From a virus (taxonomy: Duplodnaviria > Heunggongvirae > Uroviricota > Caudoviricetes): DNA of 33,715 bases. Under the pieces are notes generated by a model. The model did no database searches and had not been told where the DNA came from. It saw only the letters and a list, made by a program, of their open reading frames with translations. The stretch lies in the IMG/VR virus record IMGVR_UViG_2534682164_000009; one strand, given 5' to 3'. The position numbers were made by a program, and so were the translations under genes. Every line of letters starts with the position of its first letter. Position 1 is the first letter of the stretch. Shown here one piece after another: positions 1-8,239 of this stretch.

Positions 1-100
1 TCTCCAGTTTTAGCCGCTCATCACTTTGTTTTCTGTCTGGGGGTTCATGCTGTACCCAGTTGTAATAACCGCTCCTGGATACACCAAATACCTGACACAT
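1..100 (-). CDS. IS600-like transposase OrfB, 5' fragment (cut by window edge)
   Basis: Reverse complement of 81-100 equals the orfB start ATGTGTCAGGTATTTGGTGT of copy B. Confidence 0.6.
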   Translation of the reverse strand, partial: MCQVFGVSRSGYYNWVQHEPPDRKQSDERLKLE

Positions 101-149
101 CGCTTCAATGGGAAATTGTTGTCGCCATTGTTCGATTAACGCGTATTTT

Positions 150-440
150 TCAGCGACTCCTGTGCAAAATACGCCTGTTGCTTTTTTTTAATATATCTCG
201 CTCAAGGCGAGCTTCATTTAACGCCTTACGCAGTTGCAGAATTTCAGATTCCAGTTCAGCCACAGTGCGGGAACCAGGAGTACCGAGCCCTTTTCTGGCG
301 GCGGTAACCCATTGTCCTAAAGTGCCTTCAGGAAGAGATAATCGGGAAGCGCCTTCACTGATCGAAAGTTGATTTTCAAGAACCGTTCTGACAGCTTCGG
401 CTTTGAACTCTTTAGAGTAACGTTGGGTTTTTCTGCTCAT
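150..440 (-). CDS. IS600-like OrfA (HTH protein) with variant 3' end
   Basis: 96-aa ORF identical to copy B OrfA up to ...RDILKK, then diverges because the slippery run is A8 (A7 in copies B and C) and an extra G follows 8 nt later. Confidence 0.8.
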   Translation of the reverse strand: MSRKTQRYSKEFKAEAVRTVLENQLSISEGASRLSLPEGTLGQWVTAARKGLGTPGSRTVAELESEILQLRKALNEARLERDILKKSNRRILHRSR

Positions 441-669
441 TATTAGCTCCTTCTGATGCCATTCTATTTCAGGAAGGAGTGTCCGTTAAACTCAGGCTAC
501 CTCACAATTATTTTCCCGATTGCCCAGACAAAAATTAGAGGGGATATCGGTATCATCAATACGATAAACAGAATGAGAAACAAAAATTCTGTCGCCCTAC
601 TTTTTTGCGGATATTCTTTTCTGAATAATGTAGTCATTTCTTACCGCCCTTTCGGGCGGCCTCCCGACA

Positions 670-882
670 TTAATCGTTGTGGTAACTCATGGCTTCATTT
701 GCAGCATCAACCGGATCAACCTCCCACCAGCAATAATTTGGTGCGTTTCCTTCAGGTGTCCACGGTTCTAATTCATTTTTTGCCACATTCTCGTCGCCAG
801 TAATTTTAAAAATCTGCTCAGAGAATTTTTTCACCCACTCGTTATATTTTTCAGTGTTAATAATTTTCTGTGTATTTGACAT
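670..882 (-). CDS. hypothetical small protein (70 aa), orphan gene between IS600 copy A and IS1
   Basis: ORF with strong Shine-Dalgarno (GGAGGT) 8 nt upstream of ATG at 882; no family recognised. Confidence 0.4.
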   Translation of the reverse strand: MSNTQKIINTEKYNEWVKKFSEQIFKITGDENVAKNELEPWTPEGNAPNYCWWEVDPVDAANEAMSYHND

Positions 883-940
883 AGATATACCTCCAGTTAA
901 GGATTAAATTTTATTTACAGTGCCGGGTAATGACTCCAAC

Positions 941-1444
941 TTATTGATAGTGTTTTATGTTCAGATAATGCCCGATGACTTTGTCATGCAGCTCCACCGA
1001 TTTTGAGAACGACAGCGACTTCCGTCCCAGCCGTGCCAGGTGCTGCCTCAGATTCAGGTTATGCCGCTCAATTCGCTGCGTATATCGCTTGCTGATTACG
1101 TGCAGCTTTCCCTTCAGGCGGGATTCATACAGCGGCCAGCCATCCGTCATCCATATCACCACGTCAAAGGGTGACAGCAGGCTCATAAGACGCCCCAGCG
1201 TCGCCATAGTGCGTTCACCGAATACGTGCGCAACAACCGTCTTCCGGAGACTGTCATACGCGTAAAACAGCCAGCGCTGGCGCGATTTAGCCCCGACATA
1301 GCCCCACTGTTCGTCCATTTCCGCGCAGACGATGACGTCACTGCCCGGCTGTATGCGCGAGGTTACCGACTGCGGCCTGAGTTTTTTAAGTGACGTAAAA
1401 TCGTGTTGAGGCCAACGCCCATAATGCGTGCAGTTGCCCGGCAT
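941..1444 (-). CDS. insB: IS1 InsB frame (expressed as InsAB' by -1 frameshift)
   Basis: 167-aa protein [58 protein letters not shown]... matches IS1 InsB. Confidence 0.9.
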   Translation of the reverse strand: MPGNCTHYGRWPQHDFTSLKKLRPQSVTSRIQPGSDVIVCAEMDEQWGYVGAKSRQRWLFYAYDSLRKTVVAHVFGERTMATLGRLMSLLSPFDVVIWMTDGWPLYESRLKGKLHVISKRYTQRIERHNLNLRQHLARLGRKSLSFSKSVELHDKVIGHYLNIKHYQ

Positions 1445-1638
1445 CCAACGCCATTCATGGCCATATCAATGATTTTCTGGTGCGTACCGGGTTGAGAAGC
1501 GGTGTAAGTGAACTGCAGTTGCCATGTTTTACGGCAGTGAGAGCAGAGATAGCGCTGATGTCCGGCAGTGCTTTTGCTGTTACGCACCACCCCGTCAGTA
1601 GCTGAACAGGAGGGACAGCTGATAGAAACAGAAGCCAC
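1363..1638 (-). CDS. insA: IS1 InsA
   Basis: 91-aa protein [43 protein letters not shown]... matches IS1 InsA. Confidence 0.9.
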   Translation of the reverse strand: MASVSISCPSCSATDGVVRNSKSTAGHQRYLCSHCRKTWQLQFTYTASQPGTHQKIIDMAMNGVGCRATARIMGVGLNTILRHLKNSGRSR

Positions 1639-1765
1639 TGGAGCACCTCAAAAACACCATCATACACTAAATCAGTAAGTTGGCAGCATCACCACAGTGC
1701 TGAACTTAATTATTCAGATTTTGGATTATGCTTTCTCTTCACGAAGTTCCGATTGTTAATTTGGC

Positions 1766-2155
1766 TCACAACAGCACCTTCTGAAAATTACCCTGATAGA
1801 AAGCCAGTACACGCTGCATAGCTTCGCTCTTCCGGCACTCGCTACAGATTATGTTTTGACGCCTGTCGTAGCGGCGTATTTCTCCGTCTGGTAATGACCA
1901 GATAAGGTCAGGATCAACCACAGATGGTTTCTTCAGATTTGCCCTTGAGAGTTTTTTGCGGGCGTTTTGCCAGTCCTTACGCGCCTGTTCAGACGGGAAT
2001 AACCCGTAACCAGAGTTGTATACATCGCCACTGGCAACCAGCTCTCTGGCGAGAACACTCATCAGATATCTTGTCGCACCTGTCTTGGCTTCCAGTTGCC
2101 GCAACGTCTCGCGACCGCTCAGACGTACAAGTTCAACAACCTGCCCTTTAATTTT
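1766..2155 (-). pseudogene. 5'-truncated phage-like gene of unknown function; N-terminus removed at the IS600 copy B boundary
   Basis: Reverse-strand frame is open from the IS boundary (2155) to the stop at 1766 (…KIKGQVVELVRLSGRETLRQLEAKTGATRYLMS…); the track start at 2104 is a TTG codon; no start upstream. Confidence 0.45.
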
Positions 2156-2219
2156 TGAGGTAGCCTGAGTTTAACGGACACTCCTTCCTGAAATAGAATG
2201 GCATCAGAAGGAGCTAATA

Positions 2220-2522
2220 ATGAGCAGAAAAACCCAACGTTACTCTAAAGAGTTCAAAGCCGAAGCTGTCAGAACGGTTCCTGAAAATCAACTTTCGATC
2301 AGTGAAGGCGCTTCCCGATTATCTCTTCCTGAAGGCACTTTAGGACAATGGGTTACCGCCGCCAGAAAAGGGCTCGGTACTCCTGGTTCCCGCACGGTGG
2401 CTGAACTGGAATCTGAAATTCTGCAACTGCGTAAGGCGTTAAATGAAGCTCGCCTTGAGCGAGATATATTAAAAAAAGCAACAGCGTATTTTGCACAGGA
2501 GTCGCTGAAAAATACGCGTTAA
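2220..2522 (+). CDS. IS600-like OrfA
   Basis: 100-aa IS3-family OrfA (MSRKTQRYSKEFKAEAVRTV…KKATAYFAQESLKNTR). Confidence 0.9.
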   Translation: MSRKTQRYSKEFKAEAVRTVPENQLSISEGASRLSLPEGTLGQWVTAARKGLGTPGSRTVAELESEILQLRKALNEARLERDILKKATAYFAQESLKNTR

Positions 2523-2557
2523 TCGAACAATGGCGACAACAATTTCCCATTGAAGCG

Positions 2558-3376
2558 ATGTGTCAGGTATTTGGTGTATCCAGGAGCGGTTATTACAACT
2601 GGGTACAGCATGAACCCTCAGACAGAAAACAAAGTGATGAGCGGCTAAAACTGGAGATTAAGGTGGCACATATCCGCACTCGCGAAACATATGGAACCCG
2701 GCGGCTCCAGACGGAGCTGGCAGAGAATGGCATCATCGTTGGTCGTGACCGACTGGCACGTCTTCGTAAGGAGCTAAGGCTACACTGTAAGCAGAAACGC
2801 AAGTTCAGAGCGACTACGAACTCGAACCACAATCTGCCAGTTGCGCCAAATCTGCTGAACCAGACGTTCGCTCCTACAGCACCAAATCAGGTCTGGGTGG
2901 CGGACCTGACGTATGTTGCCACACAGGAGGGATGGTTGTACCTCGCTGGCATCAAAGATGTTTATACGTGCGAAATTGTCGGCTACGCCATGGGAGAGCG
3001 CATGACAAAAGAGCTGACAGGTAAAGCCCTGTTTATGGCGCTCAGGAGCCAGCGCCCACCTGCCGGGCTAATCCACCACTCTGATCGAGGTTCACAGTAC
3101 TGCGCATACGATTACCGGGTCATACAGGAGCAGTCTGGTCTGAAAACATCAATGTCGCGTAAAGGTAACTGTTACGACAACGCTCCGATGGAAAGCTTCT
3201 GGGGAACGCTGAAAAATGAGAGCCTGAGCCACTATCGTTTTAATAACCGGGATGAAGCCATCTCAGTAATACGGGAATACATTGAGATTTTCTACAATCG
3301 TCAGCGTCGTCACTCTCGTCTGGGGAATATCTCCCCGGCAGCCTTCAGGGAAAAATATCATCAGATGGCTGCTTAA
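2558..3376 (+). CDS. IS600-like OrfB (DDE transposase; made as OrfAB by -1 frameshift)
   Basis: 272-aa ORF in the -1 frame relative to orfA, with DDE-type IS3-family motifs (…HSDRGSQY…YDNAPMESFWGTLK…). Confidence 0.9.
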   Translation: MCQVFGVSRSGYYNWVQHEPSDRKQSDERLKLEIKVAHIRTRETYGTRRLQTELAENGIIVGRDRLARLRKELRLHCKQKRKFRATTNSNHNLPVAPNLLNQTFAPTAPNQVWVADLTYVATQEGWLYLAGIKDVYTCEIVGYAMGERMTKELTGKALFMALRSQRPPAGLIHHSDRGSQYCAYDYRVIQEQSGLKTSMSRKGNCYDNAPMESFWGTLKNESLSHYRFNNRDEAISVIREYIEIFYNRQRRHSRLGNISPAAFREKYHQMAA

Positions 3377-3628
3377 AAAAAGAACAAATGGTAGTGTCCG
3401 CTATTGCCAGTACACCTCATCCATCACCGAAAAAAATTGGCTTTTACACCATTGGCGATAAAAGCATTTACCTGTATGACCTACGCCGCATGGATGAAAT
3501 CATGGAGGCTCTTGATAATCGTTCGTCGATGGATTGGTGTGTTGCTGTTCATGATATGAATGCAGGGTTTGATGAAAAGATTTTGTTCCCCTCATCAGTT
3601 GAAAGCACTGCGGGTTAAGGAGTAACAC

Positions 3629-3796
3629 ATGACCACTATTACCAAAGAACGTATTGAATTGTTCATTAAAAACCCGCTTGAAAACGGGCTTACCCGTGGT
3701 GAACAAATGGAACTGGCACGGATTGCGCTGGCATCGCTGGAAGCAGAGCCGGTTGTGTTCTGGTTTGAAAAATATCAAGAAGGGGCTACGGCATGA
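3629..3796 (+). CDS. hypothetical small prophage protein (55 aa)
   Basis: Own translation: [61 protein letters not shown] upstream of ATG 3629; stop overlaps next start (ATGA at 3793-3796). Missing from the ORF track (under 60 aa). Confidence 0.5.
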   Translation: MTTITKERIELFIKNPLENGLTRGEQMELARIALASLEAEPVVFWFEKYQEGATA

Positions 3797-4137
3797 CGAC
3801 TTTTACCAGAGAGCAGTTAATAGCTCACGCAGAGGAGACTATTGAAGCACAGAGACTGTGCATACCGGGCACAATCGACCATGACATCATCCGCACATAT
3901 AAGATGGATATTGCTGTTCTGGAAATCGCACTGGTATCGCTGGCAGCAGAGCCAGCCGGTAAATTGCATGAATACAAACCAGTGGGATATCAGCGTCTGG
4001 TCGATGAGTTAACCATGCTGGTAAAGCAGTTAACCTGGCAACTGAGAAAAGCGAAGCCAGACTGCAAATTACCGGATAAGGCGATGAGTTATCTGGAGCG
4101 GAACGGACTGATAAGCGTGGAGGATATTTTACGATGA
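3793..4137 (+). CDS. hypothetical prophage protein (114 aa), paralogous to the upstream 55-aa ORF
   Basis: Shares MTT(I/F)T(K/R)E start and (I)AL(A/V)SL(E/A)AEP motif with the 55-aa ORF; translationally coupled. Confidence 0.55.
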   Translation: MTTFTREQLIAHAEETIEAQRLCIPGTIDHDIIRTYKMDIAVLEIALVSLAAEPAGKLHEYKPVGYQRLVDELTMLVKQLTWQLRKAKPDCKLPDKAMSYLERNGLISVEDILR

Positions 4138-4217
4138 CCTGGCCTGAAGCATTAACAACGGTAGGAATTGCGATGGCGGTGGCGCTGGTGGTGTATTCGA
4201 TTTGCCGCTGGGGATAA
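4134..4217 (+). CDS. putative 27-aa single-helix membrane peptide
   Basis: Own translation [30 protein letters not shown] overlaps the preceding stop (ATGA). Confidence 0.3.
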   Translation: MTWPEALTTVGIAMAVALVVYSICRWG

Positions 4218-4428
4218 AAACGGTTTGCGGGAAAAGGAGAGTTAAGTAGAATTGCAGCGGGTGCTTGAGGCTATCTGTCTCAGGCATGAACACCAAAAGG
4301 CAGATAGAGAAAAGCCCCAGTTAACATTACGCGTCCGGCAAGACGCTTAACATTAATCTGAGGCTCAATCTATGAACGGCAAATCTAGGTTAGCCTCTTA
4401 CGTGCCGAAAGGCAAGGAGAAGCAGGCT

Positions 4429-4584
4429 ATGAAGCAGCAAAAGGCGATGTTAATCGCCCTGATCGTCATCTGTTTAACCGTCATAGTGACGGCACTGGTA
4501 ACGAGGAAAGACCTCTGCGAGGTACGAATTCGAACCGGCCAGACGGAGGTCGCTGTCTTCACAGCTTACGAACCTGAGGAGTAA
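4429..4584 (+). CDS. hokD: Hok/Gef-family type I toxin (HokD/RelF-like)
   Basis: 51-aa MKQQKAMLIALIVICLTVIVTALVTRKDLCEVRIRTGQTEVAVFTAYEPEE matches the Hok family and, as recalled, HokD; intrinsic terminator follows; an in-frame upstream ATG (4372) could extend it. Confidence 0.85.
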   Translation: MKQQKAMLIALIVICLTVIVTALVTRKDLCEVRIRTGQTEVAVFTAYEPEE

Positions 4585-4652
4585 GAGACCAGGCGGGGGA
4601 GAAATCCCTCGCCACCTCTGATGGGTCAGGCATCCTCAATGCACCCACACTT

Positions 4653-4679
4653 AACCCGCTTCGGCGGGTTTTTGTTTTA
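4653..4679 (+). terminator. rho-independent terminator after hok
   Basis: Hairpin AACCCGC-TTCG-GCGGGTT followed by a T-run. Confidence 0.7.
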
Positions 4680-4800
4680 TTTTCAACGCGTTTGAAGTTT
4701 TAGATGGTGCCGGAATAGAATCAAAAATACTTAAGTAGCGCGCAGGGAGAAGAGGGATGGACCCCGAACAGGGGAGTGCTATTTATCTGGAAGGATTCTG

Positions 4801-5064
4801 TTGATGAAAATCGAAGAATTACGTGAAATTTTTAGTGAAGATGGCCTCTATACTGTGCGCGTTGAGAATGGCGCTATTGTCAGCCACTGCCGTATTAAAT
4901 GTTTACAGTCTCAACAAAGGAAGAGTGGAGCTGCGTTAATTCATTTTGTGGATGGGCTTGTGACGGATGGTTTTATTTCGCGTGCAAATGAATTTGTCAC
5001 ATCGTTGCCGTCTCTGAAAGAAGCTGGGATTAAGGCTGGTTTTTCTGCTTTTGAAGATGAGTGA
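4801..5064 (+). CDS. hypothetical small protein, Rem-like by position next to hok
   Basis: 87-aa ORF; neighbourhood hok - small ORF - YdfU-like - Q resembles recalled K-12 Qin order hokD-rem-ydfU-quuQ. Confidence 0.45.
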   Translation: MMKIEELREIFSEDGLYTVRVENGAIVSHCRIKCLQSQQRKSGAALIHFVDGLVTDGFISRANEFVTSLPSLKEAGIKAGFSAFEDE

Positions 5065-5130
5065 ATTCATCTACAATTCAGCGCAGGGCTGAACCCCTGT
5101 TGAGTAACACTGTGCCACCGGAGAAAGCCG

Positions 5131-5409
5131 ATGGCGCAAAATTCCAGACTACACAATTCTGATAATTCAGCCGTCTTTGCCAGCAGGCACGGGCGGCGCT
5201 CTCACGCATTTAAATCTGATTGGTACCAGCATCCCCCATGCACTGAAGAACAGGCCGAATGGCTCATTCAGTGTTACCGCAGGCGCGGATGCGAGGTTAA
5301 AAAAGCCCTTAGCCTCGACTACCGTCACTGGATAATCTCCGTCAGGCTCCCTTACTCCGAACGGCCAACGCGTCCGTCCCGCACATTCCAGCAACGGATC
5401 TGGAGGTAA
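5131..5409 (+). CDS. hypothetical ORF (92 aa), doubtful
   Basis: Has GGAGA Shine-Dalgarno but an Arg/Trp-rich product; may be an out-of-frame 5' part of the following gene. Confidence 0.25.
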   Translation: MAQNSRLHNSDNSAVFASRHGRRSHAFKSDWYQHPPCTEEQAEWLIQCYRRRGCEVKKALSLDYRHWIISVRLPYSERPTRPSRTFQQRIWR

Positions 5410-5410
5410 T

Positions 5411-6037
5411 GTGCGGGTATTACTTCGACCTGTTCTGGTACCGGAACTCGGTCTGGTTATCGTTAAGCCAGGCCGTGAATCAATGTCAGCATTCCATAAC
5501 GGCAGAATACTGGTGGAGCCGGAACCAAAAAGCATGCGTAATCTGCCGTCCGGGGTCGTTCCTGCCGCTCGCCAGCCGCTGGTGGAAGACAAAACATTGC
5601 TGCCGTTTTTCAGTAACGCACGGGTGATTCGTGCTGCTGGTGGTGCTGGTGCATTGTCTGACTGGCTGTTGCGCCATATTAAATCCTGCCAGTGGCCACA
5701 CGGCGATTATCATCACAGCGAAACCGTCATTCACCGTTATGGTACCGGCGCAATGGTGTTGTGCTGGCACTGCGACAACCAGCTGCGTGACCAGACATCC
5801 GAATCACTCGAGCAACTTGCTCATCAAAACCTGTCAGCATGGATGATTGACGTCATCGGTCACGCAATAAGCGGTACGCAGGAGCGTGAATTATCTCTGG
5901 CTGAATTATCCTGGTGGGCGGTCCGCAATCAGGTGGCGGACGCGCTACCGGAAGCGGTATTACGTCGTTCGCTGGGGTTGCGTGCGGAAAAAATTCGCTC
6001 TGTGTACAGTGAAAGCGACATCATACCGGGAGAGTAG
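5411..6037 (+). CDS. hypothetical prophage protein (208 aa), YdfU/DUF968-like N-terminal part; ends at in-frame TAG
   Basis: Frame is continuous with the YbcO-like ORF across a single TAG at 6035-6037; combined 5411-6469 is 352 codons. Confidence 0.45.
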   Translation: MRVLLRPVLVPELGLVIVKPGRESMSAFHNGRILVEPEPKSMRNLPSGVVPAARQPLVEDKTLLPFFSNARVIRAAGGAGALSDWLLRHIKSCQWPHGDYHHSETVIHRYGTGAMVLCWHCDNQLRDQTSESLEQLAHQNLSAWMIDVIGHAISGTQERELSLAELSWWAVRNQVADALPEAVLRRSLGLRAEKIRSVYSESDIIPGE

Positions 6038-6199
6038 ACAGCCACCAGCATACTGAAGCAGCGCACAAAAAATATTGCGTTACTGCCTCACGTCCACCAG
6101 CAACAGAACCCACCACAGGAAAAGACGGTGGTCAGCATTGCCGTTGATCCGGAGTCACCGGCTCAGTATCTCCAGCGCCAGAAATCACAACGGGAAGAG

Positions 6200-6469
6200 A
6201 TGCCTGTATACACGCGCTGGGTAAAAACGCAGAAATGCATGACGTGTGGCAATCAGGCAGATGATCCGCATCACATCATTGGTCATGGACTGGGAGGGAT
6301 GGGAACAAAGGCTGATGATTTGTTTGTTATTCCGTTATGCCGTAAATGCCGTAACGAACTACATGCCGGAGTAAAAGATTTTGAAGAGAAACACGGCAGT
6401 CAGCTGTTGTTGCTGATTCGTTTTTTAATGCACGCGAGAAATTCGGGTGTTCTGAAGTGGAAAGCATAA
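6200..6469 (+). CDS. YbcO-like (DUF1364) putative zinc-binding nuclease domain
   Basis: MPVYTRWVKTQKCMTCGNQADDPHHIIGHGLGGMGTKADDLFVIPLCRKCRNELH… shows the Cys/His pattern recalled for YbcO; stop abuts rusA start. Confidence 0.5.
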   Translation: MPVYTRWVKTQKCMTCGNQADDPHHIIGHGLGGMGTKADDLFVIPLCRKCRNELHAGVKDFEEKHGSQLLLLIRFLMHARNSGVLKWKA

Positions 6470-6850
6470 ATGACCGAGCGCATAGAATTTGTTTTACCTT
6501 ACCCGCCGACGGTGAACACTTACTGGCGTCGTCGTGGCAGCACATATTTTGTATCAAAAGCCGGGGAGCGTTATCGCCGGGCAGTGGCGCTTATTGTTCG
6601 CCAGCAGCGGCTGAAATTAAGCCTGTCCGGAAGGTTGGCAATAAAAATTATTGCAGAACCACCGGATAAGCGCCGCCGTGACCTGGACAATATTCTGAAA
6701 GCGCCGCTGGATGCGCTGACGCATGCGGGGTTGCTAATGGACGATGAGCAGTTTGATGAAATCAATATCGTTCGTGCTCAGCCAGTATCTGGTGGACGTC
6801 TGGGGGTGAAGATTTATCCCATAATGCTTGAAGGGCAGGTCAAAAAATGA
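6470..6850 (+). CDS. rusA: RusA Holliday-junction resolvase
   Basis: 126 aa with RusA-type sequence (…YWRRRG…PDKRRRDLDNILKAPLDALTHAGLLMDDEQ…); stop overlaps Q start (ATGA). Confidence 0.9.
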   Translation: MTERIEFVLPYPPTVNTYWRRRGSTYFVSKAGERYRRAVALIVRQQRLKLSLSGRLAIKIIAEPPDKRRRDLDNILKAPLDALTHAGLLMDDEQFDEINIVRAQPVSGGRLGVKIYPIMLEGQVKK

Positions 6851-7608
6851 AACTGGAAGATTTACCGAAATACTACTCCCCAAAATCCCCCGGCCTGACT
6901 GATGCATCGGCCTCAACGTCGAAAGATGCGCTGAGTATCACTGATGTGATGGCCGCGCAGGGCATGACACAGAATCGGGCTGAGATGGGGGTTTCTGCGT
7001 TCCTTGGGAAAATGGGCATTAGTATGAATGACAGAGAGCGGGCAACAGAATTGCTGACAGAATATGCACTCAGTCGGTGTGATCGCGTGGCGGCGTTAAG
7101 AAAACTCCCGGCAGAAATAAAACCGGCAGTGATGCGTATTATGGCTTCGTATGCGTTTGAAGATTATGCCCGTAGCGCGGCGAGCAAAAAACAGTGCCCC
7201 TGCTGTCACGGAAAAAATTTATTGAAAGCGAGGTTTTTACAAACAAGATCCAGTATCCGGATGGTAAGCCGCCGGTATGGGCAAAGTGTAACGAAAGGTG
7301 TGTATCCGTCTTACTGGGAAGAATGGAAAAAAGTCAGGGAGGTGGTAAAAGTTGCCTGTCCGGAGTGTGGCGGAAAGGGTGAGGTTTCCACCGCCTGTAA
7401 GGATTGCCGTGGGCGTGGTGTCGCCATTCATCGTGAAGAGTCGGTAAAACGTGGTATGCCTGTTATCAGAGACTGCCAGCGTTGTGGTGGTCGTGGCTAT
7501 GAAAGACTACCATCAACGGAGGCATTTAATGCTATATGCGAGGTGACAAACCAGATAACACGCGCGTCATGGGAAAAACAGTTAAGAAATTTTATGATGC
7601 GCTGGTGA
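6847..7608 (+). CDS. late antiterminator Q (phage-82/QuuQ type)
   Basis: 253 aa with repeated CxxCxGxG zinc-finger motifs (CPECGGKG, CKDCRGRG, CQRCGGRG); sits between rusA and a PR'/tR'-like unit. Confidence 0.7.
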   Translation: MKLEDLPKYYSPKSPGLTDASASTSKDALSITDVMAAQGMTQNRAEMGVSAFLGKMGISMNDRERATELLTEYALSRCDRVAALRKLPAEIKPAVMRIMASYAFEDYARSAASKKQCPCCHGKNLLKARFLQTRSSIRMVSRRYGQSVTKGVYPSYWEEWKKVREVVKVACPECGGKGEVSTACKDCRGRGVAIHREESVKRGMPVIRDCQRCGGRGYERLPSTEAFNAICEVTNQITRASWEKQLRNFMMRW

Positions 7609-7672
7609 CCCGGTTTGATATTGAAGAAGCATGGGCTGAGCGGCAGTTAAAAAAGGTAACTAGGTAACAAGG

Positions 7673-7700
7673 TTGATTTTTCCGGAATCTGTGGTAAATT
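7673..7700 (+). promoter_or_regulatory. candidate late promoter PR' (-35 TTGATT, 16-bp spacer, -10 TAAATT)
   Basis: Sigma70-like hexamers just downstream of Q; the -10 equals the lambda PR' -10 as recalled. Confidence 0.5.
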
Positions 7701-7749
7701 CGTCATAACGATGGGCGTTTTATGCCTGACGTTAGAAGAGTTTCTACAA

Positions 7750-7771
7750 CCCGCCGCCGAGCGGGTTTTTT
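7750..7771 (+). terminator. tR'-like intrinsic terminator (short PR' transcript of about 65 nt)
   Basis: Hairpin CCCGC-CGCCGA-GCGGG plus T6, about 60 nt after the predicted start. Confidence 0.65.
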
Positions 7772-7891
7772 ATGACTGAAATCGCGTCAGTACAGTAAAC
7801 GCGCTGGTGGCGGTGAATACCTGTCTTTCAGCTTGCTGGCTTTTTCGACAAGAGTTATTGGTGTGTCACGTTAACCGGAAAAGGAAAAGAC

Positions 7892-8089
7892 ATGCTAAAA
7901 CAGCAGGATATGACAGAAACCGCCAGAGTGGTGTTTAATGAATTAAGCGTTACCGAACCGGCGACAGTCGGGGAGATAGCGCAGAATACTTACCTTTCAC
8001 GCGAACGCTGCCAGTTAATACTGACCCAGCTGGTTATGGCGGGTCTGGCAGACTATCAGTTCGGTTGTTACAGACGCCTTCCGCAGTGA
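7892..8089 (+). CDS. small putative winged-helix DNA-binding protein (65 aa)
   Basis: HTH-like segment ATVGEIAQNTYLSRERCQLILTQLVMAGL; own terminator overlaps its stop. Confidence 0.45.
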   Translation: MLKQQDMTETARVVFNELSVTEPATVGEIAQNTYLSRERCQLILTQLVMAGLADYQFGCYRRLPQ

Positions 8090-8099
8090 AGGCTTTTTT
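8076..8099 (+). terminator. rho-independent terminator at end of the 65-aa ORF
   Basis: Hairpin GCCTTC-CGCAGT-GAAGGC followed by T6. Confidence 0.6.
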
Positions 8100-8239
8100 A
8101 TTTGTGGTAAATGGGCGGCTGGTGGGTGTTAGGGGCACCCACCAGCCATCTGCTCATGCGTTGGGTTCACAAGCAAACCTCAGGCCCACTGCTTTGCGCA
8201 AAAGCAGAATGAGCCTATCAGAGACAGGCTTAATGATCC

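Larger units (their letters stand above)
1..504 (-). mobile_element. IS3-family insertion sequence, IS600-like, copy A (partial; window begins inside the element)
   Basis: Near-identical to the complete 1264-bp copy at 2156-3419 in opposite orientation; terminal sequence TGAGGTAGCCTGAG (reverse strand) ends at 504; encodes OrfA and the start of OrfB. Confidence 0.85.
926..1693 (-). mobile_element. IS1 (768 bp, complete)
   Basis: Canonical IS1 ends GGTAATGACTCCAACTTATTGATAGTG at 926 and ...AGTAAGTTGGCAGCATCACC at 1693; InsA and InsB ORFs; flanking 9-bp direct repeat ACAGTGCCG (917-925) / ACAGTGCTG (1694-1702), one mismatch. Confidence 0.95.
2156..3419 (+). mobile_element. IS3-family insertion sequence, IS600-like, copy B (complete, 1264 bp)
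   Basis: Ends TGAGGTAGCCTGAG… and …CCAGTACACCTCA; orfA/orfB with A7G slippery motif at 2471-2478; length matches IS600 (1264 bp, recalled); flanking triplets differ (TTT / TCC), so no target duplication. Confidence 0.9.

Noticed and set aside
456-803. 115-aa + strand ORF
   Set aside because: Starts inside the IS600 terminal repeat and runs antisense to the 70-aa gene; no Shine-Dalgarno.
7194-7382. 62-aa alternative-frame ORF inside Q
   Set aside because: Embedded in the Q frame, which carries the zinc-finger repeats; no independent start signals.
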